A stretch of 64,000 nucleotides of DNA from Coleofasciculus sp. B1-GNL1-01 (GTDB lineage: Bacteria; Cyanobacteriota; Cyanobacteriia; Cyanobacteriales; Coleofasciculaceae), in assembly GCA_040220235.1 (NCBI GenBank), contig JAVJTO010000053.1. One strand, given 5' to 3'. Both the position numbers and the translations under genes were made by a program. Below, one piece after another: positions 49,831 to 60,500 of the stretch. Positions within the stretch are counted from its first letter, which is position 1. Each line of letters opens with the position of its first letter. Under the pieces are notes generated by a model, which saw only the letters and a list, made by a program, of their open reading frames with translations, had not been told where the DNA came from and did not search any database.

Positions 49831-51936
49831 TTAAAACTGATAGCGAACCGAAAAGTGAAATCCCTCATCTTGAGCATTTTTACCCTGATCCTCCAGTTCT
49901 ACTAAAGGTAAACCATAGTCAAGGCGCAAATCTAATCCAGGTAGCGGTTGCCAAAGTATTCCCATACCCAGACTGGCTAAAAACTGTTCTTGAGGCAGAA
50001 TATTCTGATTATCAGGATTATTCCACACCCAACCCGCATTGAAAAATGGCGCAATTTGGAACGTTGACGCACCTGATGCATTTTCCTCTAAGGTGATCCG
50101 GTCTTCTAGGAATAATCGCACCCCATTATCACCGAGGCGAATGTTCTGTCGATAGCCGCGCACGGATTGAGCGCCACCAATGACAAATTGTTGCGACGGT
50201 AAAAGAGTGTTGGGGGTTAGTTGAATGTCAGCCCCCATAATTAAAAAATGACCATCACTGAAAATTTGAACTCGTTGGATCTGACCCAGCCAGCTCAAAA
50301 AACGTCCATCTGGAGTGGGATCGGGATTAACGGTAGCATCCAACCAGCCTGTACCCAGACTAAAGAGCGATCGCACTGACCAGGCTCCTCTGGAATCACG
50401 ACGTAGGTAGTCTTGTCCAAATTGAATCACACTGGTGCGGGTTATCCCGTCTGCATTGGCGCCAGGACTTAAAGGGTTAGGCATATTCAAAAAAAATGTC
50501 TGACTTTCCCTATGGCTAAAACCCAGGGATAGGGCGAATCGTTCACGGGCGGTGCGAATTAAGGGTTGAGTAAAACTAATCTCATACTGTTTTGATTCCC
50601 CCTCAATACCGAATTGAGCAAAGGGTTCGGCTGTGACTTGATTGCGATCAACGCTGGCTTGCACTTGCAGCGTGCCATTTTTCGGATTCAGGGGAAGGCG
50701 ATAGCCCATGTTAATCACCTTTGAGCCGCCCGTGGTGGAATAGGAGGAACTAGCCGTCAGTTCATCCCCATACCCGGTTAGATTACGATAGCGTCCATTT
50801 ACGCCCAATCGTTCTGAACCCACGCTGGGCGGTGAATAGTTATCGACGGTGAAGCTACCTTCAAAGGGATTGGCTTCAACCACACGAATAATTAAATTGC
50901 TTTTTCCCGGTTGACTACCAGCACGAAGACTCGCGTCTACAGACTCAAACAAGGGATTCGCCCGCAGTAGCCGCAATTTATCTTCCAAGCGAGCGGTATT
51001 TAGGGGTGTGCTGACGCCTAGCTGAATCCGATTCTGGATATAACTGGGTTTAAGGCGGCGAATCCCCTCAATTTTAATCTCTTCCAGACTCCCTTCCAGG
51101 ACAAAAATCTCTACGACACCATCAGTAATAACCTGGTCTACTAGAATGGCTCTTGAGGTGATGTAGCCACGATTTAAATAGAGTTGAGTGATGGCATCGG
51201 CAGCCTGTTGCAATTGTTGTAGGGTAACCGCTTCGCCTTCCAAGGGTTGGACAATGGGATTGAAGTCCTCGGGTTCAAAGATAGTGCTACCTGTGACATT
51301 GATTTTCTCGATTTGAATCATCTCCAGGTTAGAATTCGTGGGACGAGAGGGAGTGGGTTCAGGTTGGGTCAATGGTGGGGACTGATCAGGACGTAAGGGT
51401 TCAGGACTAGGCGTGGGTTGAGGAAAACGATCGTCCGGATTGGGTTGGATGGTTTCGGGGTTGGGAATCGTGGGCGGGGTTTGTGCGATCTGGAGATCAT
51501 CCAGGTCAGTGTAATCTGGGGTAAAAATAGGGTTGAGTGATGAGTGTATAGGGATGGGTTTTACTTCCACCGTATTGAATGGGAGGTCTTGGGTTAGTTC
51601 ATGTTTCTCTAAAGAGAGATCATTGCCGTCTACTATGCCACTTGACTCTTTTCCTGGGAGCCATTTACCCTCTGTCCTAGAGTCATCTTCTGCCTTCTGC
51701 CCTCTGCCCTCTGCCTTCTGAAAACCTTCTGCCTCCTGAGATTGCTGCTGAGAGAGTTCCATCAGATTGGGTGGGTTGACGGGTGTCTGGCTCATCTGAG
51801 ACACAGACATCGGAGTTGTACCCAGCGCCGTTGGTGCATGTAAACCCATAATCCCCACCCAAACAGGTGTCAGTTGTCCCAGAATCTGCCCCTTTAAAAA
51901 CATCTGCATGAAAAGCTTACTCCCCGACTCTTTCAT
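49831..51936 (-). CDS. ShlB/FhaC/HecB (TpsB) outer-membrane transporter
   Basis: POTRA (YLNRGYITSRA), DNYSPPSVG, GGAQSVRGY, terminal YQF. Confidence 0.93.
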   Translation of the reverse strand: MKESGSKLFMQMFLKGQILGQLTPVWVGIMGLHAPTALGTTPMSVSQMSQTPVNPPNLMELSQQQSQEAEGFQKAEGRGQKAEDDSRTEGKWLPGKESSGIVDGNDLSLEKHELTQDLPFNTVEVKPIPIHSSLNPIFTPDYTDLDDLQIAQTPPTIPNPETIQPNPDDRFPQPTPSPEPLRPDQSPPLTQPEPTPSRPTNSNLEMIQIEKINVTGSTIFEPEDFNPIVQPLEGEAVTLQQLQQAADAITQLYLNRGYITSRAILVDQVITDGVVEIFVLEGSLEEIKIEGIRRLKPSYIQNRIQLGVSTPLNTARLEDKLRLLRANPLFESVDASLRAGSQPGKSNLIIRVVEANPFEGSFTVDNYSPPSVGSERLGVNGRYRNLTGYGDELTASSSYSTTGGSKVINMGYRLPLNPKNGTLQVQASVDRNQVTAEPFAQFGIEGESKQYEISFTQPLIRTARERFALSLGFSHRESQTFFLNMPNPLSPGANADGITRTSVIQFGQDYLRRDSRGAWSVRSLFSLGTGWLDATVNPDPTPDGRFLSWLGQIQRVQIFSDGHFLIMGADIQLTPNTLLPSQQFVIGGAQSVRGYRQNIRLGDNGVRLFLEDRITLEENASGASTFQIAPFFNAGWVWNNPDNQNILPQEQFLASLGMGILWQPLPGLDLRLDYGLPLVELEDQGKNAQDEGFHFSVRYQF

Positions 51937-52251
51937 CGTTGAGCGCCCCTAGCGACTAATTGTTCTGGAATAACTGCTCCTAAGCTCATACTATAGAGTC
52001 CAGCGCCTAAATATCGCGTCTGATGTTCTACTCTACTCTTCGAGGAGGGTTTAGCCCAAGCAGAAACCGCTTGCGCCTCTATGTCATTTGTACGCACAGT
52101 TTTTTTACCAATGACCAAAGTTCAGACGCGCCCTGGTACGTCTTGACGGCGGTATTGTCATCCCTTCAGGAGCAAGGAATTTCTCCCATACCCGACACCT
52201 TACACCCGATACCCTACACCCAGTCTTCCTTTTAGCTTTCTTGTCACTCCT

Positions 52252-52818
52252 TCAGGGTTCTACCTCTGACCAAAGCCGTTCTAAGCGCCGTTGCCATTGT
52301 GCCAAGACTTCTTCGGTTTGTTCTCTGGATTCCATCTCACCCATCAAACCTTCCCGATAAAAGCGATCCAGAGTTTGCAAGGTTGTCTCAAAGGATTGCC
52401 CTTGCTGCTTTGCCGCTCGAATGATTTGACGAATTTGACGGTCTACAAACTGGTCAAAGCTAGAGTCTAAACCCTGTTGACACAAAGCAACCAATCGTAT
52501 AAGTGCATAACCAAAATCATCAGGGTCAAGCGTCTCCCGCTTATGTTGAAAGACGCCCCAAAGCACATTTTGATTCAGGGCATAGCGAGTGTCCTGAGTT
52601 TCATCAAAATTGGCTTCTAGGAGTTGTTCCAGAAAGGGTTGGGCGTCTTGAGCTGATGCTATGGGAACCAAAATTCTTAGCCAAGACTGGTCTGAGGATA
52701 GCAGGATTAACACTCTCAGTTGAGGTGTTTCCACCTGCCATGTCCCTGATTCTACCTGTTGAACCGCCTGGGAATTAAAAAGTTCTGTCAGCTTGACAGT
52801 AATTTCTTCGGGTTTCAT
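52252..52818 (-). CDS. CesT/YbjN-like chaperone-fold protein
   Basis: WLRILVPI, LLEANFDET..RYAL...LW.VF pattern recalled for this fold. Confidence 0.75.
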   Translation of the reverse strand: MKPEEITVKLTELFNSQAVQQVESGTWQVETPQLRVLILLSSDQSWLRILVPIASAQDAQPFLEQLLEANFDETQDTRYALNQNVLWGVFQHKRETLDPDDFGYALIRLVALCQQGLDSSFDQFVDRQIRQIIRAAKQQGQSFETTLQTLDRFYREGLMGEMESREQTEEVLAQWQRRLERLWSEVEP

Positions 52819-52842
52819 CTTGTTTTTTCCAGAGAATTTCGT

Positions 52843-52871
52843 AAAAAAATCCCCCGACAGTGGTCAGGGGA
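52843..52871 (-). terminator. Intrinsic terminator downstream of the DUF4912 gene
   Basis: Minus strand tcccctgac-cact-gtcggggga followed by T7. Confidence 0.75.
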
Positions 52872-52964
52872 CACTTCTAGAAGTATGAAAGATTCGGGAT
52901 GAAGTGTGAAGTGGCAAGATTGACGATAGTTATTCGTTATCCTTTGTGCTTCACCCTGTAATCG

Positions 52965-54218
52965 TTACAGCCATTCGGGAACCATTTCTTCTTTGGTGTT
53001 GGTATTGCGTGAGGGCGTCTCGCGGGTAAATTTCATCTGAATTGAGCGAGTTTGTTCGCCATCTGCTGCGACTGCCATGATGGGATAGTCGATCAAACCA
53101 TCTTGGAAGGACATCTGGAAGCGGAAGGTTCCGTCTGGGTTTAGTTTAATTGGACGCCCGCCAATGGTTACGGTGGCATCGGGTTCGGTTGCACCGTAGA
53201 CAATCAATTCAGCATCGGCAACCAACCAGAACTGACGAGGACGAATGGGTGGCATAGAAGCAGACATCCCCATCCCGACTCCGGACATGCCAACACCGGA
53301 CATGGTTAAGCCAGACATGGTGGGTACAGCCCACATCCCTACCCCAGAGGGGAAGATGTAGGAACTGACGGATTGAGACGGAGCCATCGATCCAGGAACA
53401 TGCTGCATTGAACCGTACATAGAACCCGCGACGCGCTGAGCTTCGGCAGATTTTGCCATGCCAAAGATTTCGTCGTAGATGGGGTTGTCGGTATGGGCGG
53501 TATCTGCGGTAATCGGTTGGCGCTTGCTGGGAGGAACCAATTCGTATACCGTCTTGCCTTGGAGTTCTTCCTCCCAGTTAACGGTGATGAATTGATCTTC
53601 AATCCAGTCACTGGGATAAACCGGGGGAACATGGACGGGTGTAGAACGGGCTAGGATTAACCAACGACCATCGGCACAACGATAACCGATATCCACTACG
53701 TAGTCGCGATCGCTAACGGGTAGCGGTAAGTACCATTCCCGTGCTAATTCGTCACAGGGATATTCCTGAATGCTATGGGCGCTTTGGTATTCCAGGTTAA
53801 TATCGGTGACATCATAAATCCGCAGCGCTAATTGCTGTCCGCCCTGACGCCGCAGATCTTCCTTGTGTTCATTCGGAATATCCCAGTAGGTATACGCCCA
53901 TTGAGGATCGCGGGGCATGAGGACGATCCGACTTTCTCCATAGCCAGCGGGTAAATCAGGTAATCCTTCGTCTACAGATGCTAGATCACCGCCAGTGCGA
54001 TCGTCTTGACCGAGTTCAAATTTAGATGCTTCCACTTCTGGTTGTGCCTCCACTGTGCTAGTTGGACTGAGTGAGATTTTGGTATGTTGGACTTTTTGAA
54101 TTTCTGCCAGTAACTGTGCTTTACGCATCCGGCTATACCGTGAGATGCCGTATTCACTCGCAACTCTACGCAGTTGCCGTAAGGTCATCTCTTCTAAAGG
54201 TGGGCGTTCTTTTGCCAT
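52965..54218 (-). CDS. Rho-N-terminal domain / DUF4912 protein
   Basis: LEEMTLRQLRRVA...YSRMRKAQL; YGESRIVLMPRDPQWAYTYWD; ADAELIVYGATEP. Confidence 0.9.
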   Translation of the reverse strand: MAKERPPLEEMTLRQLRRVASEYGISRYSRMRKAQLLAEIQKVQHTKISLSPTSTVEAQPEVEASKFELGQDDRTGGDLASVDEGLPDLPAGYGESRIVLMPRDPQWAYTYWDIPNEHKEDLRRQGGQQLALRIYDVTDINLEYQSAHSIQEYPCDELAREWYLPLPVSDRDYVVDIGYRCADGRWLILARSTPVHVPPVYPSDWIEDQFITVNWEEELQGKTVYELVPPSKRQPITADTAHTDNPIYDEIFGMAKSAEAQRVAGSMYGSMQHVPGSMAPSQSVSSYIFPSGVGMWAVPTMSGLTMSGVGMSGVGMGMSASMPPIRPRQFWLVADAELIVYGATEPDATVTIGGRPIKLNPDGTFRFQMSFQDGLIDYPIMAVAADGEQTRSIQMKFTRETPSRNTNTKEEMVPEWL

Positions 54219-54679
54219 GAATATGCTCTCCAATTGTTAGGTCGGTAGGTTGTATCTCTCCTGGTGAATCAAAAAATGGGGATCATAATTTAACAACATC
54301 GCATTTGATATTTGATAAAGGTTGATGATTCCTACCGCCTTGGAGTAAGTCAGTCTCGGTGACGTATTGCTTTCGTCTTTCGTTTGGGCAGGTACAAACT
54401 CACGCACGACTTACTCTTTAGGCTGACGTTGGGATTACTCCCGATAACACTTAGATTTCTCCAGTAAGGATCACAGAAATACTGCTTTGAGTATTTCTTT
54501 GGGATCGCTGTTATTTATCTATGTACCAGAAAAGCCTTAGGTGTGGTCAAGGAGATCAAGACGCCAATTTTCAAGAATTGACGAATTTTCAAGCTTACCG
54601 GGGATCGCAATGTCATAGTTTCATGACATTTACGAGAAAAGGGGGATCGCTTAGTGGTGAGGGGGAGATGGGGGAGCGG

Positions 54680-54925
54680 TGTAGAGACGTAGCATGCTAC
54701 GTCTGGGAGCTGGGGGAGATGAGGGAGATGGGGAAGGTGAGGGAGATGAGGGAGATGGGGGAGATGAGAGAGATAGAGGAGTCATGTTCCAGGCGTGATG
54801 ACAGAAGCATCTGTCTGTAGGGGCGGGTTTAGGGACTAATATTGATTGTTATCCCTAGCTTGGCAGCAAAACCCGCCCCAACCAAATGACAAATGACAAA
54901 TGACAAATGACAAATGACAAATGAC
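54680..54925. repeat. REP hairpin, 9-mer array, REP doublet (54817-54879) and (caaatga)n STRR
   Basis: Seen directly; same families as elsewhere in the window. Confidence 0.9.
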
Positions 54926-56344
54926 CTAGAAATTAAAAAATCCCTCATCCGAAGAGAAATCCTGGTGTTCCAGCCAATCTTGACCCAACTGAATGGTCAC
55001 ATCGGAGGCTAGAGAACCCGTACTTTCAACCCGAACCTCACCAAATCCCAAATCAGCGCGGATAGCCGCAGCGCTGGCTTCGTCTCCTTGTTGGGCGATG
55101 ATGCGGGTGACGCGCAAGGGTTCTGCCCAGGGTTCGCCGACATAATTATTTCGATAACCTGCTTCTGTTAGGGTACTGATTAGGGATTGAACCGCTTCTG
55201 GATTATCGGTACTATCTTGAATCGCCACCCGCAAATAAGCTGGATCAATATCGGAGAGTTCGCTATAACCTTGATCGAAATGTTGAGCCACCATTTGTCG
55301 AATCTGGCGGTGGTTTGGTAACCAGTAACTGACTTCAGTTTCTCCGGTACCGTTAAACCGCCCCGGAACCATTAACATTTGTACATCAGACCGTTTACTA
55401 TCAACAGCGAATCCAATCAAAGCCACCAATTCTTCAACGCTTAAGTTGGTGTCAATGTGAGACTGAATCACCGATAAAATTTTAGGCAGTCGGGCTAACG
55501 TTGTAGGATTGAGTGCTTGTTCTATTAATGCCCGCATCAGTATTTGCTGACGCTGTACTCGACCGACATCCCCATATTTGTCATAGCGAAAGCGCAAAAA
55601 TTGCATTGCCTGCTCGCCATTCAAATGCTGTTTGCCTTGCTTGAGGTTGATATAAAGATGTTGAGAATCATCTTGATATTTCATGTCCTGGGGAACATAC
55701 ACGGTGACACCACCCAAGGCATCCACGAGCTTTTCTACACCTTGAACATTCACTCGCACATAACGGTCAATCCCTACACCATCGAGGAGTTCACTGGCTG
55801 CCTTTGCTGTTAATGCGGGTCCCCCATGGTAATTCGCGGCGTTGATTTTGATCAAACCATACCCTTCAACGTAGGTTTTGGTATCACGGGGAATGGAAAG
55901 GACATTTAATTTTTGGTTGGTGGGGTCAAACCGAACCAACAGCATGGTGTCGGAATGCCCATCAAAGGAATTTACCAGTGCATGGTAACCTAAGTCCTCC
56001 TCTGTGGGTTCATCCAAGTCAGAGGTGAGAACTTTTGTCCCCAAAATTAATATATTGACAGGTCGTGTTAATTCGGGCAGTCGCATACTATTGCGAGTAA
56101 TACTGCCTTTTTCGCTAAAGACGGCTGCCTCATCATCACTCAGTTGGCTTTGCAGTAAAGGCATACTCGATAGCGAAACAGCAAGCATTGCCCCGGCTGT
56201 CGCGGATAACATGGCGACGCCAGTAAAGCCTAACCACAGCCAAAGCCAATGTCCTCGTTTAGCTTTAGCCGATTTCTTTTTCGGCGGTTGACTCCTCTTT
56301 TTTTGTCTTGGGCGGGGTTGTTCGTAGGTTTTTCGAGCTGGCAC
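54926..56344 (-). CDS. LCP family protein (second paralog)
   Basis: NILILG, SDTMLL, LSIPRDT, KINAAN, LRFR...GDVGRVQRQQ. Confidence 0.93.
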   Translation of the reverse strand: MPARKTYEQPRPRQKKRSQPPKKKSAKAKRGHWLWLWLGFTGVAMLSATAGAMLAVSLSSMPLLQSQLSDDEAAVFSEKGSITRNSMRLPELTRPVNILILGTKVLTSDLDEPTEEDLGYHALVNSFDGHSDTMLLVRFDPTNQKLNVLSIPRDTKTYVEGYGLIKINAANYHGGPALTAKAASELLDGVGIDRYVRVNVQGVEKLVDALGGVTVYVPQDMKYQDDSQHLYINLKQGKQHLNGEQAMQFLRFRYDKYGDVGRVQRQQILMRALIEQALNPTTLARLPKILSVIQSHIDTNLSVEELVALIGFAVDSKRSDVQMLMVPGRFNGTGETEVSYWLPNHRQIRQMVAQHFDQGYSELSDIDPAYLRVAIQDSTDNPEAVQSLISTLTEAGYRNNYVGEPWAEPLRVTRIIAQQGDEASAAAIRADLGFGEVRVESTGSLASDVTIQLGQDWLEHQDFSSDEGFFNF

Positions 56345-56586
56345 TTGGTTTCCTCACACACACATAAGCGATCAGGATGGGTTTGGGCAGATGATACACG
56401 CCGATGCCCTCATTGCTTACCCTGAGTCTGATTTAGAGCGTTTGACACAAACACTCATATCAGGTTTTCTCACCGTTTGGGGCAAAACCAGGCAAATACG
56501 GCAAAAGATGAGAACAGTTGATCAACTTCAGGCAAAAAGCCCATCACCATTTTCCTATAACTGGACAACCCAAACGCTGAAATCGT

Positions 56587-56964
56587 TTACTCAGATAGAT
56601 GCTTTCGCACTTTTCCTTCCGCAACCTGGCTAATCCCAGGGAGACGGGGTAACTTCCCTTGCCCCAAGCGCACCATGAGCCAAACACTGGCTAAAAAATA
56701 CCCAGAGGTGAGCATGGTATTCATAAATAACAGGCGGAAGCTCCAAAACTCGGTGAGCTGCGCCCCTGACAATAATAAAATGTAGCCTACTAGCCAAGCG
56801 AAAGCCAAGGTTACGGACAAACGACTCACGGCTTGCTGTTCTCGTGTTCCTTGACGACGGTAGAGTGTCCACAGTGCCGGAAAAAACCCGATCACGGGCA
56901 GCAGGTAGGCAAATAGCTGTAAACGTTGGAGGTTTTGATTGTCCAATCGGTCGAGGTGATTCAT
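56587..56964 (-). CDS. Small hypothetical membrane protein
   Basis: About three TM segments; YLLPVIGFFPALW, RLPGIS. Confidence 0.75.
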   Translation of the reverse strand: MNHLDRLDNQNLQRLQLFAYLLPVIGFFPALWTLYRRQGTREQQAVSRLSVTLAFAWLVGYILLLSGAQLTEFWSFRLLFMNTMLTSGYFLASVWLMVRLGQGKLPRLPGISQVAEGKVRKHLSE

Positions 56965-57019
56965 TGGTGCTAAAAAAGGGAATAATATCACAACCGCATA
57001 CCAGATGGCATAAAAACTT

Positions 57020-57223
57020 ATGGGTATTCAATTCAATTTCATTGTCAAAGTCTTAATTCTCTCCCTTGGCATTTCCCTGCTGATTAAGTACGCCAGTCCT
57101 AGTTTACCCCCTATTCCGGCAACGTCTGGGAATGCCCTGATTGCTGTACTCACACCTGCTATGATTTTGGCGATCGCTCTTTTGTGGCGCTTCTGGCAAT
57201 TTCGTCAGCATCCGGTTGAGTAG
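57020..57223 (+). CDS. Small two-TM hypothetical protein
   Basis: 67 aa, two hydrophobic helices (SLLIKY; ALIAVLTP). Confidence 0.7.
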   Translation: MGIQFNFIVKVLILSLGISLLIKYASPSLPPIPATSGNALIAVLTPAMILAIALLWRFWQFRQHPVE

Positions 57224-57332
57224 TAAGCTGTTCGGCATTTAAACCTTAATATCAATAACGGCGAAAGCCTTGTAGTGCTAGTGCGAGCATCTTGCTCGCT
57301 ACTAATACCCAATTTAAATGCATGACAGCTTA
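57224..57332. mobile_element. MITE copy 3 (inverted orientation)
   Basis: TAAGCTGTTCGGCATTT...AAATGCATGACAGCTTA. Confidence 0.85.
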
Positions 57333-57343
57333 GTCAATACTCA

Positions 57344-57581
57344 GTCAGGGCGGGTTTTGCACAAATGTTATCATCAATAATCAAAGGCAAGTCCCTAAAC
57401 CCGCCCCTACAAATTTAAAACAAATGGCAGTGAAAATCTGGATTTTGGGTTCACCGGAACCCTGGATATATCGTAGGACATCAGTCAAGAAACCGGGTTT
57501 CTTTGGGTGAAAGGTTAATATTGTTGTCATCCTCACGAGAAACCCGGTTTCTAGGAATACTTGACCATGGCGCGTCTCTAC
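57344..57581. repeat. REP doublet, an agaaaccgggtttct/agaaacccggtttct pair and a half REP
   Basis: Palindromic arms seen directly. Confidence 0.8.
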
Positions 57582-57585
57582 ACCC

Positions 57586-60500
57586 TTACCAAGGACTTCC
57601 CACTAATGTAAATGCACTCCAAAAATAAGGGTGAGTAAACGCCTTATCCTCAATTCCCGCTAATTCTTCAGGTAAATCAATCGTGCTATTGGGAGTAATC
57701 AATTGCCCATTTTCAATCCTCACCTGACCCTGAATCATCGCTAATTGGGTTTGTCGCAGCGCTTCGGCTTTAATTGGGACTTGCTTTAAGTTTTGATAAA
57801 ACGTGGTCATTAATCCCAATGTCCCTTCATCACTGACATACCAGAGGCTTCCTAAAGCTGATTTGACTCCAGCTTGTACCGCTAATCCGGTAAATCCTAA
57901 CTCAGCTTCTTGATTTCCTAATGCGGTTCGACAAGCACTTAATACCATTAGTTCTACGGGTGGATTATGTAGTCCAAGTTGGCGAATTTGATCCAGGGAT
58001 AGTCTCGTATTCCAAAACTGGATGTAGGAATTTTCTGGTTTACCTGGTTTAAATTCACCATGAGTTGCCAAGTGGACAATACCAAAGGGTTGATCCGCCC
58101 GTGCTGCTTTTAGATTAGCGGGAGTAAACGTAGAATTAAGGAAGGATTCACCTTGCCATAGTTTATCTGCGATCGCGGATAATTCTACTGGCACAGCAGG
58201 TAAGGGATTTTGCTCTGTAAATTCAGACGCTCCCATTGCCAAAACTTGTAAATCCCTCACATCCACATAACGAGTATCCGTTAGCGACAAACTCGGCATA
58301 AACCCAATACTATAGCGTTCAACAATAAAACCATTCCCATCATGAAGCGCCGCCACAGGTAATGAGCGCAAACCCTGATCCATAATAAAAGCCAAATTAT
58401 TAATCTCCCTCTTTCGTAACTCCTCCTCCAACGGAGCAATTAACCACTGATATAATTGTTGGGCGCTAGGAAGATACGGACGAGGAATACGAATATCCGT
58501 AACCGCACGACGGAAACCTTTTACCATTTCCATCACCCTTTCCCGCGTCGCCCCCGGAACAACAAATCGAATCGGTTCCCCTTCAGCCGTAACCAAAATC
58601 AACTCCAACTGCGCCCCATCTTCCCACACCTCCTCAGCCAAAACCATAGACTCCCAACCACCAACCCCCTCTGCGAACCTCTGCGCTTCCCTCTCTTGAC
58701 CTCTGCGTTTTCTCGTCTCAACTTCCACTCTCCCACCATCATCTCCAACACCATTTCCTGGCACAAACACCGCATAAATCAGAGCTGGTTTCACCCCAGT
58801 CGCCTGTTCAATACTTTGTAGAATAGCTTGGGTTTGTGCCAGAGTAATAATTGGCGTATTGCTGAGTTTCCAATAGTTTTCATATTGATTGGTGAATGAC
58901 CCTTCGATTGCTAAAACCGAATTGAAAACCGGGGAATTATTGATCACACTATCATCTAAGATATTTACCGATTCTCTGATCTGATAACAGTATGGAGGAC
59001 ATAGACCGATGATAGAGAGATTGTCTAGACCGATGATAGTAGGATTGTCGGTGATAATCCGAATGTTGCCAAGAGTATAATTACCTGGAAAGGATTGGAA
59101 CGGGGAGATAGTAAAGTCACCACTGCTGATAGCAGAAGTTGTACCGTTTGTTGTCGCATTACCCACTTCAAAGGGAGTGTTACGCAAGCCACCACCATGA
59201 CGAATAGTAATATTACCGTCTTCTACTCCGCCAGCCGTGGAGATGCTAGCTTCTTGATTTAAGTTTGGTGGTATGTCGTTTGGATCAATCCTACCGGGAG
59301 GAATTTCCTGTAAAGCAGCGAATACAGAACCTGTAACTTGGACAAAGCCAGCAGAATTGACTTCTACATTTCCCCCTCTACCTGTACCCAGGCTTTGAGT
59401 ATTGATGACAAAAGTTTCGACATCACCAACCGTACTGGTTAAGCGAACATCACCTCCATTCCCCTCCCTAGAACCAGAAAGCACTCCCCCATTGGAGAGA
59501 GAACCATAGGCTGTGACGGTTATATTTCCTCCATTTCCAGCCCCTTCAGATCCAGAGACAAGCGATCCAGCTATTATTGCACTCAGAGGAAAAAGACTTT
59601 TAGGTGTTTGTGGTGACAATTCTTCAGGAGAAACATTGATCAGAGACAGAGCCGTCTCAAATGCTTCAATAGAAGTCAGTCCTTGCAGCGTGTTGATAGT
59701 ACCAACTGTACTGGTGAGGTTGATAGATCCTCCATTTCCTAGTCGAGAGGCAGAAACGACTGGACCAGTAATAATATTATCCCTAGCTGTAACTGTAATG
59801 TCCCCACCCGTTCCCTCTTCTCCAGAACCCGAAATAATCCATCCTGTGTCGCGAACTATCTCATCGTCGATTCTAAGTTCACCTGCTGAGGTATCGATGG
59901 CACCGTTTTGGCTAATGATTTCAATTTGACCCCCATTGCTTTGATCAGAACTGGAAACAATTGGACCCGTTGCAATATTACCAAAAGCACGCAGAGTGAT
60001 ATTTCCACCTCTGCCAGAACTTTCAGAATAGGAAAATACGGCTCCAGACGTGTCTTCTACAGTTCCTCTTGTTGAATCGATTAATATTTCTCCTGTTTGA
60101 CTAATCAGGGTAATATTAGCACCATTACCCTTTGATGAACTCGCATTAATTCCTCCCGTAGTAATTGTCCCGTTCGCTTCAAGTTGAATTGCACCACTAT
60201 TCGGACTTGGAGAGCTAAACTCTACCCCTCCTATAGTGACATTACTGGTCGTTAAAAGTCGATTTGTGCTAATTTCACCACCAGCATTGACTTCAATATT
60301 TTCTAAACTACCTAGGTCAGCCGTGGTAATATTGCCATCGGCGGTGAGGCTAATGCCACTACCTGATACCAATGTTCCAGCATTGATGCTCTCTGCTGAA
60401 ATTTCTATCCTCCCTTGGGTGAAGATAGTGTCCCCTGGATTCATCGAAAAAGATCCGCCTGAGTTGAAAGTAATTGAACCCCGAAGACTAAAACCGGGAA

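Noticed and set aside
54337..54423. Hammerhead ribozyme or glnA riboswitch
   Set aside because: The topology and GAAA are reminiscent, but the CUGAnGA core and UH cleavage site are absent, and the glnA consensus does not match.
54521..54820. 99-aa plus-strand ORF
   Set aside because: Its second half is REP and 9-mer repeat translation.
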